Source of the DNA: Octopus vulgaris | Lineage: Eukaryota | Direction of reading: 5' to 3' | Length of the DNA: 64,000 nucleotides | Assembly: GCA_951406725.2 (NCBI GenBank) | Contig: OX597817.1 | Span: 21,142,001-21,206,000, forward strand | Part shown: positions 54,771 to 64,000 of the stretch, in pieces | How the letters are laid out: each line of letters starts with the position of its first letter | Position numbering within the stretch: position 1 is the stretch's first letter | Program-made: the position numbers and the translations under genes | Notes under the pieces: model-generated | The model's database searches: none | The model's input: the letters and a program-made list of their open reading frames with translations, nothing else | Told to the model about the DNA's origin: nothing

Positions 54771-57700
54771 TTTGTCTTGGATTCGTTTATCATATTGATA
54801 TTCAGATGATCATCTCAGTTTCTCAGATTAAAATATGTTTTCGTTTCTTTTTACTTTGGCACATGGACGGTTATTTCGATGAGAGTGGCGGCACTATAAA
54901 ATAGGTTCTATTATTGGATTGGTTCTTTATTTTATCGACAAGAGAAGACAAACTTGCAATTGGTGAGAACTGAACTCAGAATCTAAAGAACCAAAACAAA
55001 AACTGATCGAATTGAAGCTGAAACGATTCAACCTGTTTATTGAGGTAGATTAAGTTAAATATAAGGAATTGAATTATCTAATGCTCTGCATAGATCTAAT
55101 AATTGTATTTGAAAGCGATTTTATAAAATTAATAAAATTTGTTTTTCGCCATCAAACTGACAATCTAAGAAGAACCTTCAGCTTCGTGACAGATGATAAA
55201 AAGCATCTCTAGGATTACCGAACTGCAACATTTATGTTTTACTAGAAAACAGAATACTGTCAATTGAATCGATATTTAAATGTTGCCTTTAGTACACTAA
55301 TGTCGCTAGATATAGAAAACAGTTTCCGCCACATCGTCGCAATAAGTATTATATAGGGTGAAAATCATATAATTTTAACTGTTTAAGTAATATGGTTTAG
55401 GACGTAGTATAAAGCATTTTACAACATTTTGTAAATGGTTTAGTAATATGCTAAGTGGAGAATATGCGACGCTAAAGTTATGAATTATAAGTCAAAGTGA
55501 ACAATTATTTCCTCTGGTATAAACCCATCAATACTACAATTAATGTTAGTGCTAAATACCGTTTCCTTTTTAGACAGAAAAAGAAAATCCATGTAATATT
55601 AAAAGCAATACAAAGATATAAATAAAAGCAATAGAAAAGCCAGAGGTTCTTTCAAGAATTATGAGGGCAGTCAAAAAGCAAATGATTTTCACCGGTAAAA
55701 CTTTCATGCAGATTAAATGAGTTGAATTATAATTGTATAGAATAGAAGTGGTTTTGATAATATGATCAGCAGAAAAATATCAGACTACAGAAAATCACCC
55801 ACACTCTTACTTGCAAATCTCTGACGTTATATTAACAATGGAATTCATAATTCATTTCTTAATCTTTTCGTTTATATAGTGTCATGGCAAAGAGTGGACT
55901 GGGATTGTGGATTAACTGAAATACAACAGCACCTGTAGAAAGTATATATATATATATATATATATTTATCTAGCCTGTGTTAATGTCAACACTGGCCGTG
56001 CTAAATTCACATTTATGCTTCAACGATCGTTAAAACAGGTACTAGTTTTGCGATATATTTTTCGGCCCTATAGCATTGATTCGAAACCGAATTGCTAGGA
56101 GAGCAAGCAGATATCATGAGCGAACCACAATTGTTCCGTCTGATCGGTCTATTAGACTAACAATCAACGTAAAACCATCACGTGATTAGATTTTCTTGAA
56201 CTTTCACATAGTGCTTTATATAAAGGCAGTTATGTGTGGTAATCACAGAATGCTGAAACAATCACACGTCGTCTCTATCCTCATTGCCACACCCAGCCAA
56301 ATAAGACAGATGACAGATTGTAGACATGAATTTTCGTCACCACGAATAAAAAGCAATTATTTTCCAGGCCTTATGGGCTAATCGCTGATTGCTGTATCAG
56401 TTAACTAGTTGTAAATCCCAAGCAGTATATCTTTCCAAATATGTAATTATTGCAATTAGTTTTTTTGTGAAAACAGACACTGAAATCACTTTGTGCAGGA
56501 ATAAAATCTCTTAATTGTTCACGAGCGTTCTTAGTGGCTTCTTCACCCAGCACGAGAAATACATTTTTATTCACCGGCAACGACAAGATCAGATACCATG
56601 ACTACCACCACGACAGCCGCATTAATTTTTGTGGATAAATCTGTGATATTCTAAAAATTGCTCTTTTCTCATTATAAACTGTTAAAGATGACTTGCCAGA
56701 GTATTGGGAACGAATACTATTCAGGCTTTGCTTAAAATACTCCACAAACTCAACGTAAAATTCTTAACCCTTTGCATAAGATGCAAAATAACTGGGGATT
56801 TACTAGCCTTTTCACGCGCTTGTCACAAAACGAAATTGTTTAATCAGTTCCGTACATCACATAGTGTGATTTAATTTTAATGTGTACCCTTTGAGTAGTA
56901 GAATTCTACAGCCTGCAGTCATAAACGAAAATTCAATTGTTTTGCAGATGCTGCAGGTGGACAGATATTATTGAGAAACATATGTTATTTCTATTACGTT
57001 AAATATCGCGGCAAGCAATCTCTTCTATTTCGTGCTAATAGTTTTCGAAAGTCAACGCTGCTGTTGGTTTTTCAGAGGAGATCCAGTTGCATTGATTAGA
57101 ATGGTTTATAATTTGCATAAGGAAAGGTTCTATGACAGAAAATATCAAAATTATCTTTCAGTCAAGCGAAATTTAGAATTCATTGTTACTGTTTTGTTGT
57201 TTAAATGTATATAAGCTTCACTCTTCCTCATTTTCTCTCTCCGTTGTTTCATGTCTTTCTGCTTCTTCTCTAATCTCATGAAAGCGTTACCGACGGGTTA
57301 AGTAACGGAATAACCAGCAGAATTATTATAAGATGGTGAAGTGAATCACTCGTATAGCAAACGAATGGTGCACGAAAGGAGTTCGGCGAATAGTATAAGG
57401 GCAAGCATGACATCTGCATTGATTACAAATGATAAAGCTGATAGCATACTTTTAGACGCAGTTAGGCCATTAGTTACTTTAAAATCAAGAAGCCAAACAT
57501 AGTGCTATCGCGTTACGAGATTTTTTTTCCATGGGTGATTATGCAGATTGACATGCAAATTGACATGCAAATAAGAAAGACAACATGTTAGCCTAAAATT
57601 ATTTTACTATTTCGACATAGCTCGTGGTATGTAAAATGGTGTCGAGAACTATGAAGAATGTTATTGGTTCTGGGTGGATGATATATTTTTTGCTATTTAG

Positions 57701-57902
57701 GGTACATTAAAAAGTGATGGAAAAGAAACCCGACTTATTCAAGGGTGGTACTTCATCGCTCGTTTCTATAAGCTGAGATGCAAACGGAAAACCACACTGG
57801 AGTCACTGGGTCTTTACCGAAGCAACCCTTTGACTGTTTCAATCTTTATAGTGTTTCAGCAAGAGAAATAGACCGAAATAGGTTCAAAGGTTTAAAAATT
57901 AA

Positions 57903-58215
57903 TACGAAGTTTCAGGTCCATTTTAAAGGACGTTGGCATGGTAATTATCGTCCACGTATTAACTGCTTGGATTTTATTACATCCAGTCAATTTTGAGCGC
58001 AACGCCAACCTCAGTCTTCGGAAATACTCTATCCTCAATTGCTTGTTCATTTCGTTTTCCATTATCTCATTGAACTCTAGTACACAAGGGTATTCGTATC
58101 CTTCCGTTTGAATTTGCTTATTGATGTTCCTGTTCGGTAGTTCTATCCCTGCTGGAGACTGTCACATGCCTATTTTTAAGTAGATTACTACGCACTACTT
58201 GAGTCAACATTCCAT
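57903..58215 (-). repeat. ~310 bp Dong RT-thumb fragment duplicated at 60026-60338
   Basis: Near-identical copies encoding EYFRRLRLALRSKLTG.NKIQAVNTW. Confidence 0.9.
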
Positions 58216-58746
58216 GTTGAAAGCTCATTTTTACATGTGTTTCTTATTAAACAAATTCCGTTCAAAAATAGAAAATAATAGGGATGCTAGATTTTTATGT
58301 GCATGCGTGTCTGTAGCCTTAAAAAGTTTGTTTCTCAATCAAGACTTATTAGTTTCAGAGCTATTGTGCAGCCTCCTGAGCAAGTTTCTTCTAATATGGA
58401 CCCGGATCGACCAAATATTTGTGAATTGATTTGATGGGACTGAAGCAGAAAGTAACTCGTCGTACATGTTTGTATCGTTTAGTATGTGGGTCCTGATTAA
58501 TCCTTGCCACCGCTTCACAACTGGCATTGGTTTGTTAACGTGACGCTAACTAAGTGGTGCAGTAAGAGAAATAGACTGAAATAAGTTCCAGGTTTTAAAA
58601 TTAATAAGTAATGGGTAAATTAGTTCGAGAAAACATTTCGAGACGATGTTCAGCCAGAGCCCAAGTTCAAGGCCTGAATCTAGTATAAGAAAAGATACAA
58701 GGAAAACGTCAGGAATTAATTATCTACTCAGTAATACACTTGAAGC

Positions 58747-58859
<113 letters not shown>

Positions 58860-59024
58860 TATATATATATATATATATAAGGTAAAAAATTATTAATTCA
58901 TAATTAATAATTTTCACCAAGTAGTTCCGGTATGGAAAGGAACCATATTAGGTAAAAACTTATACAAGAAGTTTTATATATAATTATTACACTTATATAT
59001 AATTATAACACTTATTATTTATTG

Positions 59025-59060
<36 letters not shown>

Positions 59061-59344
59061 CAGTATTTCATATATCTTAAAAGAAGGAGGCTGTAAAGTA
59101 TCTAAAACTTTAGAGGTATAAACAGGTATAAAGCTAGGCACTTTAGAAGTGTGAGGCCAATGGTCACTCTATGACCCGCCATAACAGGCAATCACACATG
59201 CGCACACACACAAAAACACAAAATAATCATTCCAAAATATAACAATATATATATATATCATCGTCATCATCATCATAATCTTCATTAATATCATTATCAC
59301 TACTGTTATTATTATTGTTGTTGTTATTATTATCATTTATAGTT

Positions 59345-60340
59345 TCTTTTTATTATAACTTTATTTCAACTACTTGAGTATCGGGCATCCTCCGAAGCCC
59401 AAGATTTGTAAGGGCACTTTAGTTTTGCTATGCATGCTAAAATTATCACCACATTTATTCCATTTTTATCGAGAGTGCTTTTGGTAGTATAATGGTCTGT
59501 ACCCATCAAGGTTATCTTTTGTAGTTCTCGGAGAATTGAATTAATTGGGAGTTGCATAATATACTTCCCTGCTCCCTTCTTTATCATTCCCAACGCACCA
59601 ATTATTACTGGTATTACCTTAGTACTAAGTTTCCACATTTTTGTGATTTCAACTTGCAGATTTTATACTGAGAAATCATTTCGTATTCATTTCATGAGAC
59701 ATTTTGAACTTGTGGGACAGACATATCTCTTAACAGACAAGTTCCTCTGTTGTAGTCTTTGATCATAATTTCTGGTCGATTGGAGTCAATTTTTCTGTCT
59801 GTTTGTATTGAGAAGTTTCAAAGGTTGGTAACACCCTCGCCATTTACTACATCCTCTGTGTGGTGCTTGTGCCACTTATGGGATTTAATTTTGTAGTATT
59901 TACAAGTATTCTAATGGATGTACTTACTTAGTTTCTCATGTCTTATGAGGTACTCCTTTTAAGCGAGGACTGGGTTGCCAGAAATAAAACGATAAATTGT
60001 TTATGTGAATTTTCTGCAAATTCTGTACGAAGTGTCAGGTCCAATTTAAAGGACGTTGGCATGGTAATTATCGTCCACGTATTAACTGCTTGGATTTTAT
60101 TCCATCCAGTCAATTTTGAGCGCAACGCCAACCTCAGTCTTCGGAAATACTCTATCCTCAATTGCTTGTTCATTTCGTTTTCCATTATCTCATTGAACTC
60201 CAGTACACAAGGGTATTCGTATCCTTCCGTTTCAATTTGCTTATTGATGTTCCTGTTCGGTAGTTCTATCCCTGCTAGAGACTGTGACTTGCCTATTTAC
60301 AAGTAGATTACTACGCACTTCTTGAGTCAACATTCCATTC
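59345..60340 (-). pseudogene. R4/Dong 3' fragment ending in (TAA)n on the minus strand
   Basis: RPEIMIKD, MWKLSTKVIPVIIGALGMIKKG..LQKITLMGT, close to the C-terminus of the 669 aa ORF. Confidence 0.88.
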
Positions 60341-60356
60341 TTATATCAGTACTTTT

Positions 60357-60480
60357 ACAGTGGACCATGTTCACCAAGGAACTGAAACAGTGGACTGTGT
60401 TCACCATGGAATGGAAATAGTGGACGCTGTTCACCTAGAACAATGGACAGTGTTCACCATGTACAGTCGACCGTGTTCAT
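60357..60480 (+). repeat. Degenerate ~30-bp minisatellite (acagtggacNNtgttcaccatggaaNNgaa), ~4 units
   Basis: Directly visible. Confidence 0.8.
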
Positions 60481-60492
60481 TAATCATTATTA

Positions 60493-60571
<79 letters not shown>

Positions 60572-60589
60572 TATTATTACTATTTAAAA

Positions 60590-61150
60590 TGTTTGATCCG
60601 GTCCCATGCGACTAGAATTTTCTTTAACTTCTTAGAGAAACCTAGCTCGTCGACTTTAGCTAAAAGAAGGATTGGTCGAGAACCTGAATTGATTTTCTGG
60701 CGTCGATGATGATTTTGACATCATGGCTCATTTTACTAGTAAATTGCTTAGCGAAATCTAGGGTAGAAATTCACGATTTCAAACTCTGTAAACCTATAGG
60801 CTGTTTTATTCTCGATTTCGCGGAGCCAGTCGATGACAGCTGTTCTGGAATACCAAGAATACGCTTAATGACAATGGTCATCTCGGTCTTAGAGTCAGTA
60901 TTCGTGTGTGGAGAGGAAACTGGGTGTGTGACCCTTAAGTGCAATATGCGGATTTGGAGTAAAAGTAAAGAGTATTTCCTAAATGAATTATAATTGTTAA
61001 ATTCCTCTTCGATTACTCTTTGAGGTTCGATTGCTCTCACTTTCCTGTGTTGTGTGAAATTATCTAGTAGGTAGAAAGCAATGAAAATATAACAATCTAA
61101 TAAAAAGGCTTCTATCGCGTTGCTGAAACTGCTGGAAAATTGAATAGATT
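60590..61150 (-). pseudogene. Penelope-like reverse transcriptase fragment
   Basis: SKTEMTIVIKRIL, YRFTEFEIVNFYP (= FDIxxFYP), IIDARKSI. Confidence 0.55.
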
Positions 61151-61167
61151 TTTCCGTGAGAATTTTA

Positions 61168-61238
<71 letters not shown>

Positions 61239-62299
61239 TAAACACACATACGCAAACACACCCACACACACGCACACACATAATTCCTAATATGAATGGG
61301 ATCCTCACAGCTGGATTACACTTAATCACAAATCTGCTATATCACGACTGACTTAGGGTTAAATAGCAAGAACAATTCTAAAAAATCACTGTATATTATT
61401 TTTGTAGAATAATCTTAAACAAGGTATTATTCTATTTAAACAACATAAAATGAATGATGACCGACTTTATATGAAAAACAGTGATTATAAAGTAAAGTCG
61501 TTCACCTGTTATTTTTTCCAGTGTTTCGATACGTAACGTTTCTCTTTTTTTCCTTATCGATTTAAATTTTCTTTCCAAATCCCTGTCGTTATATGACCGT
61601 TTCTCATGTTATATACACCATATGGAATATACACTACAAGAGAGGAATCTGCATATCGAAAGAAAGGTTTGGTAGTTACCAGGGTGAGAATGTTTTTAAA
61701 GGAATCTACATATCTTTTAAAAAATATTCATGGCTAACTTTCAAAGTATTGCAATTGCCTTTCGTTTGACGTTATGCAATTGAATGTTTGTTTTTCATGA
61801 CATAACCCGCTGCAGCAGCAGCAGCTGTGATGATGGTGATGGTGGTGGTGGTGGTGGTGGTAACAGTAGTAGTAGCAGCATCAGTATTAGAAAAGGGTCA
61901 CATATCAAATATGCACAGGTGTCAGCAGATATTAAGCGTTTTGTCAAAGTCAGCAATAAAAAAACACCATAGCATGTTAACAGTGTACATTACAGTAACA
62001 GTTACAACTGCCACTACTTGTTAGTGATTCAGAACAGACAAAAGATATATTTGCAGCAACGGCAGCAGTAGCAGCATTAGATTTAGGGAAAAGTGAGTCG
62101 TGACACCCTATTTGCAAAGTAGCTGTTATCGTAAAAAAAATAAGGTCAGCAACTAAAACACAAGCAATTGCTAAGGAAATATTATTAAACAAGTAGGATG
62201 ATAAGAATCGGCATCACAATTTAGGCTGCAGCACAAATCTCTCTCTCTCATTCTCTCTCTTTCGTCTCGCTCCCCTTTCTGTCTCCCTCTCTCTCACTT

Positions 62300-62300
62300 C

Positions 62301-62371
<71 letters not shown>

Positions 62372-62434
62372 ACTATCTATCTATATGTCTGTCTGTCTAT
62401 CTGTCTGTCTATCTATCTATCTATCTATCTATCA

Positions 62435-62498
<64 letters not shown>

Positions 62499-62545
62499 GT
62501 CTAACTGTCTGTCTGTGTATCTATATATCTATCTATCTATCTAAC
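62300..62545 (+). repeat. (TCTA)n/(TCTG)n microsatellite; similar tracts at 17183-17295, 26411-26476, 62778-62860
   Basis: Directly visible. Confidence 0.95.
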
Positions 62546-62671
62546 TACATATATATGTGTGTGCGCGTGAGCGCGTATGCGTCTGTGTGTGGATGTGTTT
62601 ATAGGAAAATATGCATAATAGAACTTTCTGCATGCGTCACTGCATGTCGCTACAACCTATGTATGTATATG

Positions 62672-62728
<57 letters not shown>

Positions 62729-62777
62729 TATTTCATGTTTACAGTTTTTGACCCCCTGTACCCATATATGCATATAA

Positions 62778-62845
<68 letters not shown>

Positions 62846-62902
62846 ATATCTATCTATATATCTCTATATATATATAAAATATATATATATATATATATAT
62901 AT

Positions 62903-63320
62903 AGGCGCAGGAGTGGCTGTGTGGTAAGTAGCTTGTTTACCAACCACATGGTTCCGGGTTCAGTCCCACTGCGTGGCACCTTGGGCAAGTGTCTTCTACT
63001 ATAGCCTCGGGCCGACCAAAGCATTGTGAGTGGATTTGGTAGACGGAAACTGAAAGAATCCTGTCGCATATATGTATATATATATATGTATGTGTGTGCG
63101 TTTGTGTGTCTGTGTTTGTCCCCCTAGCATTGCTTGACAACCGATGCTGGTGTGTTTATGTCCCCGTGGCTTAGCGGTTCGGCGAAAAGAGACCGATAGA
63201 ATAAGTACTGGGCTTACAAAGAATAAGTTCCGGGGTCGAGTTGCTCGATTAAAGGCGGTGCTGCAGCATGGCCGCACTCAAATGACTGAAACAAGTAAAA
63301 GAGTAAAAGAGAGAGTAAAA
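62903..63320 (+). mobile_element. SINE family A, intact full-length copy (reference empty target site)
   Basis: aggcgcaggagtggctgtgtggtaagtagcttgtttaccaaccacatggttccgggttcagtccc..., internal (TA)/(TG) tract, tail (gtaaaaga)n. Confidence 0.92.
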
Positions 63321-63370
63321 GAGTATGTATATATATATATATATATGCATACATACATGTATGTGTTCGT

Positions 63371-63404
<34 letters not shown>

Positions 63405-64000
63405 ACGTGTTTGTGTATGTGCTTGCACTATATTCCCCATAATTTTCAGTTTATTATTCTAGGCAGCGGAAGTTTTCAAAACTCTGGTAAGGTTAGCGAG
63501 ACTATAAAAGAAAATAAATCTCATTCATATTTTTTTCTTTTCTCCGATTGCTGATGAAAGCGAAATATGATAGGACATCCAGACAGATGATTTATCACAT
63601 ATGTTCATCTTATTAAAATTAATTTTTTTTAATATACCTACTTTGAATAGATTTTACTAAGTGTCATCAGTTTCAAGTTGTCCGTATACATTCGAATTTC
63701 AGCATCTGAAACTTCCCCTCATTCCATTTCATTGAGCTCTATACTAAGATCTTGCATGATGTGCAAAGAAATGATGTTGATATATTTCTGAAATGCACCT
63801 ATAATATTAGTAGTAATGATTATATACATATATATCAAGAATAATAACGGTAACAATATAAATAAGACGAATAATAATAATACAGATGATTGTATGTATG
63901 TGTGTACATATGTACGTATCTCTGTACGCTTGTGTGAGCATGAGTAAATATGTGTGTGTCTATGTGTGTGTGTATCTGTCTGATCTGTACATGTCTCTGT

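Noticed and set aside
56935-56990. Splice-acceptor-like ttttgcag followed by a short open frame
   Set aside because: No convincing donor, homology or codon signal.
60357-60480. CRISPR-like repeat array
   Set aside because: No unique spacers, degenerate units, eukaryotic context and no cas genes.

Overview
AT-rich eukaryotic DNA dense in microsatellites and transposon debris. The SINE families and repeat landscape suggest an octopus or other coleoid genome; this is my inference, not a database result. No host protein-coding exon could be supported. The only long intact ORF (12324/12441-14450) is a young, 5'-truncated R4/Dong-clade non-LTR retrotransposon (RT + CCHC + restriction-like endonuclease) sitting in a (TAA)n tract inside a MULE remnant. 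The rest comprises three tRNA-SINE families, Helitron, mariner, hAT, RTE and Penelope-like remnants, and a ~12 kb co-oriented pile of dead Dong copies. The most interesting signal is a pair of divergent but homologous Tx1/L1-type ORF1 (gag-knuckle) retroelements, both inserted in sense at the same point of the tRNA-derived head of one SINE family (GGT-AAGWAGCTTGCTWMC|). One is a complete 2.19 kb ORF1-only unit with a perfect 15-bp TSD, which suggests a SINE-targeting, sequence-specific, non-autonomous retroelement system. Also present are three minimal hammerhead ribozymes in Penelope-like repeats and a 1.26 kb tandem duplication whose offset sequence patches look like an assembly artefact.
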